A stretch of 64,000 bases of DNA from Phoronis australis (Eukaryota; Animalia; Phoronida), in NCBI GenBank assembly GCA_002633005.1, contig NMRA01000585.1, positions 157,263 to 221,262 on the forward strand. Direction: 5' to 3'. The translations under genes were made by a program, and so were the position numbers. The notes under the pieces are model-generated. The model did no database searches. It was given only the letters and a program-made list of their open reading frames with translations, and was not told where the DNA came from. This document shows, one piece after another, positions 26,301-38,300 of the stretch (positions are counted from its first letter, which is position 1; every line of letters starts with the position of its first letter).

Positions 26301-29300
26301 AATGAATGTTGCACTCTGTATGAATTTAATTATTTTGTCAAGAGATTATTTTTATAAGATTGGGTTTAATAAGTTTCATTTTCATTCAATGTCACTCAAA
26401 ATCACTCGTTGTCATTTGAATTTATTACAGTCCAAAAAAATTAACACATCCTTAGGCAATGGCTGTGGCTTACAGTGGGTGTTGGGTAGCCTTCCGCTCT
26501 GTGCGGCACCTCTACATGGCAGTAGACAATTTGTTCCCCCTGTGACAACTTCTTGTTTTACTACAATTACTAATTAACGCAGGGTTCATCCGAAACAAAA
26601 TTCCAAACGTACATATTGTTTCTCATGTTTTTATGTCCAATTCTTGGTTTCTCCTAATATATAGAAACAACTATAGTTACACATTATTTTCACTTTTTGA
26701 ACATGTAACTATCATATTCAAAACATGAGAGTAAAATCTGCAGCACTATCACACGTTATTTGTTGATTTTCAAATGTGGCTTGAGATTTTAAACATGACC
26801 TAAGGGCTTTTCAAGTATGACTCAAAATTTTAAAAATGAATTTAGAACTTTTCAAGCATGGCTATATATATCCAAATACAGCTCTATACTATTCTACTGT
26901 GCTGCAACATGTAGGGTGAACAGTTCATCGGTGTTACGTTATCAAAGTCTGAGTAGAATTTAGGGCCTGATTTGCTTCAGTCGGTCAGTTCTCCCAGTTA
27001 TGTGTACGATACACGAAGTTCATATACAAGTGCTCTCGTGTACGCATGTTAAATGAAAACAGCTAGTTTGTTTGACTGAAGCTGTAATCAGCTGTTTCGG
27101 ATGATGAATTTTACAATTAATAAATAAATGTTGAAATGTTAGTTAATAATCAGAAAAATTTAACCTGTTCAGCTGGTCTGTATCATATTTACTAAAAAGT
27201 CTCTTTAGCTCTCGGTAATGTCCGATCCCTTCTAGAGAGTCGTTGAATGGTTGGACCGGCGAGACAGGTGGAACTTCCTGCTGTGTTCTTGCGAGATACG
27301 TTCCACACTATTCTTCCAAGCAATGGACAAGGTGAACCTGCCACCTCCGTGTCTGTTGAGTGATGGATTGAAAGCCTTAACGAAGATAACCTTGCCGCCT
27401 CTCTCTAACCAGTTGTTTTCCCTACTCAGAATTTCAACATTCTCATTATCAAACTCGGTGTTGAAATCTTGAGTAGGGACAAGAATTGGATCGTCAATGA
27501 GGTTATCTTTGTTAAGGCTTTCAGTCCAAACTCAACAGACACAGAAGTGGCAGGCTTACCTTGTCCACCACTTGGAACGGTAGTGTGGATCGTATCTCGC
27601 GAGAACACAACGGGAAGCTTCACCTGTCTTGCCAGTCCAATCATTCAACTATTCCTTTAGAAGGAAGCGTGACGCTCTCAAGAGCTTAAGGGATTTTTTA
27701 GTAAGTACGATTCAGTGTAGCTGAATAAACGTTTAAATGTAAACTGACCAGTTATATTGTCAGAAATTTACATTAATATATTTAGCTTTATCTTCAGTTG
27801 AGATGTTAGTTCTCTGGTCTTAAAAGCTGTATGATTTAAAGTAATATCTCTGCGATGGTTCTCTCTGTTCAAGCATTTATTTCCATTCCCTTAACTCAAA
27901 TTTCTTGTCATCACTCAAATGTTCATAGCACACTGTTAATGCCTACTGTATTTCCTGGCAGGCACCAGCCAGTCTGTTGGAGGCACTAGAGGCTCACTTG
28001 GCCTCGCTAGAAGGCAAGAAGGGTGCCACAACAACTTCCCACCCCAAGTAAGTACTCCTTGGAGCTATCTGGTGAGGTGCTTTATTTTGTCCCGTAGAAG
28101 TAGTTACATTATGCATATAGGCCGTGCATATAGGCTGACTTGCTTGTCGGGAAGAACGGATTTCTTTTCAGGGAGAAAAATAAAACCAGATACTTTGTTA
28201 CAAACAAAAAGATTTCATTTTGATTTATTTTTGTTTCTTGAAGGTAGTTGAAAAAATTTCATTATCCAGTGCCGGATCTAGGATATGAGAGGCTAATATT
28301 TTTCATTTTGTGATATGAGCACTGCCCACAAAAGTACAAACCCACGATTACTTGCAACATAATACATGCCAAATTTTTTTGTGTCAGCGACCAGAGGGGG
28401 TCAACAGGTCCCCTATCCCCTAAATTCGTCCCTGATATTTGCTGTAGAACAATAGTTGCTGAACTATGAGCTGGTGTATTGGGAGGAATGAGTACATGCT
28501 TTCATCAAGGGACCGTAGAACGACTTTGTTCACTGCACCTGACTGGTTAAGAGTTTATGCGTTACAAAAATATTGTCATCCTTAGCTTCGTACGGAAATA
28601 GCTTTGGACAAAGGATTTTCGCTTTTTTTTTTAAGTGCAAACATTGCATTATAGTGACAGAACTCAAGATGTATTACAGCAGCTGTGCACCGTTTGTGAT
28701 CAACTACTTCCAGCATAGTATTTTTTCTTATTGCTTTTATGCCTTGCTCATTTCTGCCCTTGTTCATGTTTTAGTGATGAGCCGACTGAGATGTAAGTAT
28801 GCTGCGAATCATGTTAGTTTGACTGTGTTCGTCTCGTGGTGGACACAGTTGTGCCGTATTATGTTCCCTCTGTACCTTCCGTTGACCCGTAGTTTATCGG
28901 TTACCGTAGCAACACCAGATGGTTAGGCCTGTATAACGGATTGGGTGGGAGTTCTAGGCTTCTGAAACGAATATTTGAGTTGAGAAAATTTAATCTTCAT
29001 TTCAGAAATTGCTTGTAAGCCTTCCAGTGGGTTGTGTTGAATTCTTCTTGTGAAAGCTTGGTAATTACCAATAGAACTAAGTTTAACTGTAGTGATATTT
29101 TTCTAGACCGGCTGCCATCAATAATGCAATCAGCGCACTCTCTTCTAACACGGGAGCTCCTCAAGGCTACACCATATCGGAGGCCGAGAAACGACGCATT
29201 ATCCAAGAGGAAGAGAGGCAGTTACAACAGCTGAAGGTAGAGGGAGCAGCGATAGTTCAGTGCTGGTTATAAGACAGCGCAAAGCATTTCAAACATGTTT

Positions 29301-32300
29301 AGCACTTATAAGTCAATCTGAGGTTTTGATGAGAAATTTAGGAAGATGTTCTAAGTGTCTGAGCTTTTATGTAAATTTTACATCTGTGGAAGTTGTTTCG
29401 TATCCAAAACTTCTAACTCCGTAGTTTATTTGGCAGATTTTGGAACTTCCATTTCCCTTTGTCGAGGTATTGTCAGTTGAAATATGTTATCATCTAAAAC
29501 AGCTTTCTGGTTCTGTTTACTTCTTATCGTTTGTTCATCCGCCTGAGTGTCTTGTTGTGTTTATTAACACACCTGTTCGTTTTGATCTGTAAGACTGACG
29601 AGGAAAAGCAGCTGCCTTCAAAACCAATAAAACCGCGGAAAAAGAAAGTAAGTAGTCAATCCAATCGTAAGTACACCGTGTCAGCCTTGTGTAGTATTTG
29701 AGATGAGTCCTTCCTAGGGTACTGTGTGAACAGCTTAAGAATTGGGGGTCTTTGTGATGGTCATTTTGGCCCTGCGTGGTATTGGATAGATTTTGCTTTT
29801 TGATACAAATAAGTTGCCTTTGGGGAACTGAGTTGACAATGTTACTCTTTTACCCGGGTTAAATTTGAAAGGAATGTCTCACTTTTATGTCTGGATTGAT
29901 TTTTGTGCTAGAAATTGTATTTTGAGTACGTTGAAAACTGTTATGGTTTTCAGTACTAAGCAAAAGTATTTGAGCTGTTTTAGTGTACCCTATGATTGGC
30001 TATTCATTGGGATGGGGAATTGGGAATGCAAATTGGCGATTGTTAATTTCGACAACATTCGAGGCATCGTGTAAATAATACACTAAATACTGTTAGGAAC
30101 AGAGAGCACGAGATACAGTCAAACAACAATCCACAACAGCTGCCCCCGCACAGACGGCCACCTCTACTGCTGCTACTCGGCCGGCGCCAGTCTCCGCTGC
30201 GCCTCAGGCAGATTTATTCGGTAGTCCAGCTCCTCAACAACAAGCCGCCGCGCAGTCAAACCCTAGCGATGACCTACTTCAATTGTCTGGCAGCCCATGG
30301 CAGGCGAGTATTGAAAATGTGCTGGTGGTGAATCAGGCGGTACACGCCATGAGCACGACACAGACCACCATGGGAGCGATGGCATCACCGCAAAGAGCAG
30401 ACCCATGGGGTCAAGGTGAGCACCTTTTGGTTGAAATAGGTGAATTTCAACAGTTGGCATGATATACTGTTGCCATTAAAGCTTCATGTGCAAAGTTTTT
30501 GTTAGGATAAAAAGACTCTTTGAGAAACCGGATAGTTGAACTAAAAGGAAATATTCCCAGGTTTTAATTTTAGGAGAAAATGCATTTCTAGACGTCGCAG
30601 GTGTTGACAGTCATGGGGTGTCGTTTGTTTCAAATCACACGACACATTCAAATTTTAAACCCCCTTACCTCCCACTTTTAATGTCAAAGAGAAGCATCTC
30701 CAGAGCTGTATTTGCATTTCTGGAACAATTTTATTGCGTTTTAAATCATTGGCCGGGAATTGTTGACAGTGAAGACGTCTATTAACAGCTGGTTTTGAAT
30801 TTTTGACACTAACTTTAATTGTTGATTCTTCTTTGAGTTCAATATAAAGCACTATCTAATGATTAGCTCTTTTTAAGCCCAGAAATTGAATGACCTCTAA
30901 TGCGTGACATTGTCAGTGTCTTAAATGAAATTATTAATGTTATTCGAGTCGTGTTCTTCACTGCTGTTTACTTGATCTATGCAGGTCCATTCCAACAGAA
31001 CAGTAATGGCTTCACATCGGATACTGGGTTTGCTGCAGCATTTGGTGGCGCTCCACAGTCAGGTAAGTCAGGTTGCCATAGTTACACGGGCTCTGTGGTG
31101 TGCTGGTCCTAGTCAGGGGGTGGTGGTGCCCTCTGTGGTGTGAGTGATATAAGTGATGCTGGGATTGACTCATAGAATTTTCTATCCTTTATTTATTCAT
31201 TAAACTTTTATAATAGCATGCTGTATCACATGTTTATTTCTCACCTTTCACTGCATGTTAAACTTTCACGGCATATCATTTGAACTATTTATGAATGTAA
31301 CGTTGTAAACCAATTAAGCCTCCTGCATATTAGTTAAACTGTTTTATACTTTAAAAGCCATGTGACTTAATTGAAACAGCACGGTTTCTTCCCTTATTCT
31401 TAATTTTAGTTTTGGTCGCTTCATTACTGAAGTATTGTGGTACTAATCTCATTCTTTAAGTTTGTGTGTTCCGTACTAAGTGAAATCACAACCCTTTGCA
31501 CAGCCATGAAAAAGCTTTATATCTTAGCGAAACTTCACTTTCATGTGACAGCTTTTGGTTGGCAGATGCTTTTGGTTGGCAGATGCTTTTCCAAGTTTGA
31601 AAATTGGATGCAATATGGTTCATTGAGTTTGTTGGTTATTTAACGCCTGTAGCTATTTCTGATGGTGTGGTGTTTGGTTGTGCACAGGGGGCAGTACGTA
31701 GTTACTTTTGACTCATTTTAAGTTGCATGCATTCTGCACACACCTTTCTTTTCTCTCTTGCATGTTCCAGTCAATCCTCCTCCGCCTCCTGCAGGTATTA
31801 TTTTTATTATTATTATTATTTTTATTATTATTATTATTATTAACTATACTACTTGGAGATCATATCTACTCCACTTGTGGATTTGCGAGAATGGCGTTTA
31901 ATGTCTAATTGTTAAAAAGTGCACTGTGGTCTTTCGGATGCTTACTGCTATTTTAGATGTCAGTGGCAGACATGTCCTGTTCAATATTCTATAATATTTG
32001 AGGCCAGTATCATCATTCAAGTTTTTGTAGTTTCTGTGACCAGCTGATATCTTTTTAAGAATGAGTGTATTTGTAATGAGCTGTAGTGTCCTGTGAAGAC
32101 TAGGTGCAAAAAGAAGAGGTTGTTTGAATGGACAAAAAACTTGAAGTGTGGGGATTGAATACAAATGTATGTCTGTCTGTCTGACTGCCTGTCTGTTTCC
32201 GTGCTGGTGCCTGATTTATGTAACTGAAGAATGTATCTCTGACGTATGGAAGAGAGAGATTTGGAATATTGTGCTTAAAAGGACTTGTTCAGAAATACTC

Positions 32301-35300
32301 CACCATGCTGTATGTTTGTTTTGTTGCTTTCGTGTTCTGACTAAACTTGTCTCGGATCATGTTTCAGCTGCTCTCATGTACAGTTTGTACACTCACTACA
32401 CCCCCCCTCCCCCTCCCCCTAAACAGGCCTGTTCGTTTGGAGACAAGTCAAAACTCATAGGGCACTCTCTTTCAGCGGACTCTACCGGCGAGACTACTGA
32501 CCACCGAGGACGGGACCTTTTTGACTCTAAACCCTTTCTGACAGCCGAGGTCACTACTAGTTGTGTCACCATGACAACTAGTCAGCTGTCACCCTCTGCA
32601 GGTCTGCCTAGATACTTAGAATCGTGCCAGTATTGTGTCATACTACACCAAATAACTGCCATGTGATAAATGAGGGTTTATCCGAATAAGGGTGGGGGGT
32701 TAAAAGGGGTTGTCTAATGCTTTCATGTTGTGGTGTGATTTGCTGTTGTTCATTTTATGTTGTCTTTTGTAGGACTCGCTTTGCTTGCCTTGATTAAGTC
32801 GTTATGTTCCTTTTGTTATGTGCTCACAGATTAACTCAGTAGCCAGTTTTTTTTTCTTCATAGATGTTTGTCCTTGATGTTTTGCACACTTTTTCCTTTG
32901 CCAGTGTTGATGTTGACTTACTCACCAATTTTCTCCTTTTCAGTAAATGTGATGTTGTTTAGATTTATTATCTTGTTGTAAAGAGGGCTCTGTGCTCTCC
33001 GCATGAACACAGTTAACTAGATTGTTGCTTAAAGTCCATTTGGTATTAATAAGTTCTAGACTAGGATGTGTTCTTAAAAGTGTTAATCATTACATTCCTG
33101 TTATTTACAGTTTGACCAAATGCAAACTTACCAGCTCCGATTGCTTGGGCTTTCTGTGTTACCTGTACTGCCTAATAATACATCTAATTTTGTTAAAGAT
33201 TAATTATGACTTCATTGCCACATTGCTTTGTTTTTTATTGCTTGCCAATGTCATAATAACCTTTTGTCCCTGAAACATGCGCAAGCAGCTGAGACATCTG
33301 AAAAGGAAGATAATGGAACCGGAGGTAAGAACGCTCGTGTATTGTCTTCAGTGTATTTTTCATTTCAATCAATAGATGGAGAGACATGTTCTGTTTAAGT
33401 GTATTGCTAATGAAACCATGGGCATTAAAGTTTTAGTGGGAGTTTTTAATGGAATAGTTAAAAGGAGCATCAGGGTTTCCCATAGATCATGGAATATTGC
33501 TGAATGTTTAGAGTCTAATTTTTGGTGGCTTTATTTTTTTCACATGCTAAGAAGAAGGAAAACCATCTCCAAGTAAAGTAAGCTCAAATGGTGAGTTATC
33601 TCTTAGTTTTTTCTTTTTATCGTTATTAAACAACCTGGTCGGGTCAAAAGTCTGTTCAGACATGTAATTGTATTTTCTGTGATACTTGAATAATCCTCAC
33701 TGGCAAGATTTAGAAAGCTAAGTAGTACAGAACCTTATTCAACATTGGCCAATTTTAATCGAGCTGGGTCATTATTGTTCAAGCTTGGCCATTATTGTTC
33801 AAGCTTGGCCATTATTGTTCAAGCTTGGCCATTATTGTTCAAGCTTGGCCATTGTTGTTCAAGCTCCCACATCAAGTTCAGATAACCTTGCTCACAAGGA
33901 CGTAGACATCTTTATTTCAACCCACATATTAAGTTTACCATACAGGCCACATTGTCACTTTCACGCAGCCCAAGTGACATGTTTATTTTAATCGCCGGTT
34001 GGTGGGAAAACAAGTGTTGCTTGGTGACAGAATTCGCTAAAGATAGTCCGCGCTTGAGTAATCTTATTGACCAGCAATTTACCTAATCTTGTACAGTAAT
34101 GGAAAGAGTTTCACTCTTAGAATTCAATGTTAAAATAGATGTCTTGCCCTAGGAGCTTATTTAGGATTTTTAAGAAGTCTGATTTACCTTACTTGCCTGC
34201 AGTGTTTTTCGATAAGCTGATGTACCATGAAGCTGACAAAGTTTGGTCAAATTTTTCTAGCAAACCCCCTAATGTGACTTGTGTGATCGTAGTGGTTCTT
34301 TGCACAGAAACAGTGAATGCTTCAGTGTTTCATAAACCTTGGCCAATATGTAGACAGCGTATAATTTTCATTTGTGGCTTTGTGTTTGTAGTGGAGCTGT
34401 TAGATTTTGATGCTTCAGTACTGGTCCCAAGTGCCCACAACTCACCAGAGAAGAGGGTGGAACCAGGTGAGTTTGCAGCTTTGACGTTAAGTTGGTAGTT
34501 AAATCAGGTGTCACTCTGTATGCTTTGTTTATGAAGATTATTTAAATTCTGATGCACACTTGAAGAAGTTACGTGCTGGATAAGTTTGATTGGTGCATAA
34601 TGTGAACGGCATTGTGCAACACTAGCAAGGTGACCCGTGATCATGTGACTTTGGGCCCTGGTGGCTGCCTGAAGAATTGAATGTCTCACTGTTAGAATTC
34701 CAGAAAAAAGGCATTGCATGTTAATTGCAGTTGATGTAAACACAATTCAAGTATAATTCATGAGTTTTGAATAAATGAAAATTACAATAAAAGTTGTTAG
34801 TAAAACTGCCATAAGTCGTCACATCCGGATTGAAGCATTTTTTTCGAGTAAGGCATTATAGATGTTTTGGTAAAGAAATTTTGCTTGCTTTTGGAAAAAT
34901 TGGATTTGTTGTTTTTGAAATCCAGTGAGCTGATAACTTACAAGATGGGTGAAACACTAGTCAGGTATTGAAGTGACTTGTCCTGGGAATGGCTCCATGC
35001 TAGTGAATATCTTTCTCAATACACTCTACTGAGAGGAGAAAAAGAGTACCGTTTCTTAATTATTAAAATCTTGTGACGTACGAGTCACCTATTCTCTGCT
35101 CAATTACATATCTAGGTCTATTCTCCAGACAAATTTCTTTTTTTCAGCGAGTCTTCTAGACATGAATAATGGCCTTTCTTAATTATCAAAATCTTGTGAC
35201 GTACGAGTCACCTATTCTCTGCTCAATTACATATCTAGGTCTATTCTCCAGACAAATTTCTTTTTTTCAGCGAGTCTTCTAGACGTGGATAATGACTTGT

Positions 35301-38300
35301 CGTCTACACCACAAGCAACAGCTGTCAGCCCAGGCGAGTGTTAATAATCTTCTCTGTCACTAGTTGAGTGTCATTCATGCCTGTGGACTATCCACAGTTA
35401 CATAGCGTTGCGTACTTGTCAGAAATGTACTTGTATTTACGTTTCCTCTAATTTCCTGTTGCTGCCCATCATTCGCCTCCACTAGATGCAGGTGTTACTT
35501 TGATATTGTATTGCTGTCCTCAATAAAAAAAGTAGGACTCCTACGTGATAGTACGTAACATTCAAAAGAAATTTATTGCCATTTATCCACCCAATGACCT
35601 GTTGATAGTTTTATGTAAGATTTATGTAAAATGGTAGTCCGTGATTGCTTATGCACTAGTCAACGTGTTTCAGTACAAGACGAAAGTAATCAGACAAAAT
35701 TGCACTATTACAACATTCCATTTCATGTCTCAACCCAACTGTAGTTATGATAAACATTCGGGTTAGCGTTCTTGTTCACAAAAGCATTCATCCCCAACTT
35801 GTGAGAATTTTTGTATTATGTGCCCACTGCATGGCTGAGTGTTCCCCCCCTGCTTTTGAGAGTTTTTGATTAAGTGCCAACCACAGTAACCAAGACTATA
35901 GTCAGCCACAGATTTATTTTTCAAAAGAGTATGTCTTTTCTAAAAGTGATGTGTCATTTTGTGGCTGACCTATTTATAGCTCTTATGTCATGTATCCAGT
36001 GTCAAGGAAGCAAACTGGAATCACCTGAGAATGGAAATCTGCACACAGTCCATTGTGAGGCTTTTTGTTTTATGCAAAATTAATAACTTGATCGGTAAAC
36101 AACATATTAAAAAAATTGCAGGCGGTCTGGTACACGTTGTTCTAGACGTGCAGGCGGTGGGCCCATTGCACTGATCACCTGGAAATATTTTTTATGCTTT
36201 ATTAACATATAGTTAATACGGAGCTGAAGAGCTAGAAACCTGACTCGAGGGTCTAGCAGTGTGACACAGTGGGACTCGAACCCACGACCTCGAGTATATA
36301 AGGCGGGGGCACCTATCACTCTAGGCCACACTGCCTCCTCGATAGACAACATAAATCACACTATGTTTTTCTTTTGAAATTCGCCCTGCATCGTTCCCAC
36401 ACATTGTTATGTCATTGGGCCAGGGAATACAAAACCTCATGCTGGTTTTTTAGCACGACATTTTTCAATTGTCGAAGTTGCAAAATTTGAACTGCAAACG
36501 AAACGAGATAATTTGTGCTTAGATTTGCATCTTTAGTGACAACCGTATGGTAGATCAGTTCCAGCATTTTGTATGTTGTTTTTTCGACGGGTATTTTCTC
36601 CTATATCAAGTTGCATACTTAGCTACTTGAATACAGAGAGTGCTGGTTTATCGTTCCCTTTGGTAACCAACCTTTTGGCCATTTATTTGGACTTCAATTT
36701 TGAAGGTCATGCAGTTATGCATGGCTTGGGCAACTGTCTGGTTCAGCTTAAGCACTCATATTTGGACAAGCACCCATCCCCAATTTCTTGAAATTTTCAA
36801 TTTTAAGTGCCCATTTCTGGGTTAAGCATCGACCCCTCAATTTCCAGCTTTGACAATTTAAGTGCCAAGGGTGTTAACCTGAATGTTTACACTAATACAA
36901 GTAGGTTGGATTACAGCAAACTTAAGTTACAATATACAATTTATAAACGCTCAAAGGATTCGTTATAGTGGAGTACAACTGTAGACTGTCTGTATTGCTT
37001 TTGTTGATTAGCATCACTATGCCTCGGCTTTGACTATGAAAAGGAATCTTGTGGACAATTTTGGAGCTGCCAACTGTGAAACATGTTATTTACACAGATG
37101 TGGACTCATCTGGGTCAAAAGTTCAGGATGTTGAGTCATCCCCGTTGAAATTACAACAACCAGCCGCTGCTGCAGTTCCAGAAGCGGTTATTCTACCTGT
37201 GGCGCCATCTACTGCCACAATTGTGTCACGGTCACAATCGCCCATTGATACAACTGTTCTCATTCACTATACAGCTGCCGAGAGCTCTTCCCAAGGTAAC
37301 TTCATTCCATACGACGCAGTCAAAACTGTACACGTTTAAATAATCAGACAAGACGACCTCGTTCTCCCTGTCATGGCTACTGACCGAAAGCAGAATAACC
37401 CACTTGGTGAATGAGTGCAAACAGATTTTGCCAACAGAGTGACAGAAACGACAATTGACGATTGGTCATAATGAGTCATGATGGGCAGACGGAATCTTAT
37501 CTGATTATTTTTGACGAGTCTCGTAAGTCGATAGCTCTTAAAGCGGGCTTCTGGACACTGCACTGGTTCGATATGCACTAGTGGCTGTGTGCATTTTCAA
37601 GCTTACAGACCTTGGTTTGCTAACTTATCGTTTGAGAAAGATTTGTTAGGCAAAAATTAGACATGCACTGATATGCGTGTGCGTTTTTAAGCTTAAAAAC
37701 CTGAGTTCTCTCTGAGAAGTACCTTTTTGTTGTCTGGAGACTGCGGTGTGATTTTGTACAAGTTTGTTAATATAAGGTTTGTGATGAGTGATAAGTTGCT
37801 AGTTTTATGTTGAGACAAAAAGCCATTACTGGTTCTTTTCTATGCCCTAACTCATGAAACCTGCATGTCATAACTTAAAAAAAGCACCTGCACCAGTTGC
37901 AGCCAAAGACTCATTCTTCCAAAGCCTCACAATTCCACAAAAGCAAGGTTTTAAAGGCCTAACTCGGCCACAATCACTTCATGGTTAGCCGCGGATGGAC
38001 AGGGAAAAAGATAATGCACCACTGCCGCAATTTTCAAGGAAAAAAACAGAACCAGTTGTGCTTTTTGGTTTTGTTTAGTTTTGATATTTTTCTGGACAGT
38101 TGTTGTTTTTATTTTTGTAAAAGTTACCGTAGCTACAGTTTCTTGGAAAGTTTGATTATGTGAAGTGGCAAATTTATGTAAATGGTGATTTCATTTATTG
38201 AGTGCTGCGTCAAAGTGCTTTTAATTGAAATCATATTAAAGTTTTGATTCATGAATTGACAGATATGTACAATATTTTAGTTGCAATTTTGATTTTCCAC

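Noticed and set aside
28268-28433. Small hAT-like MITE (cagtgccggatctagg ... cctaaattcgtccctg)
   Set aside because: TIRs are degenerate and no TSD is visible
20566-33865. Short direct-repeat arrays (31, 25 and 20 bp) as CRISPR
   Set aside because: Head-to-tail repeats without unique spacers, no cas genes, eukaryotic intron context
36262-36337. Functional tRNA gene
   Set aside because: A and B boxes are present but acceptor and anticodon stems pair poorly; better explained as a SINE head or pseudogene
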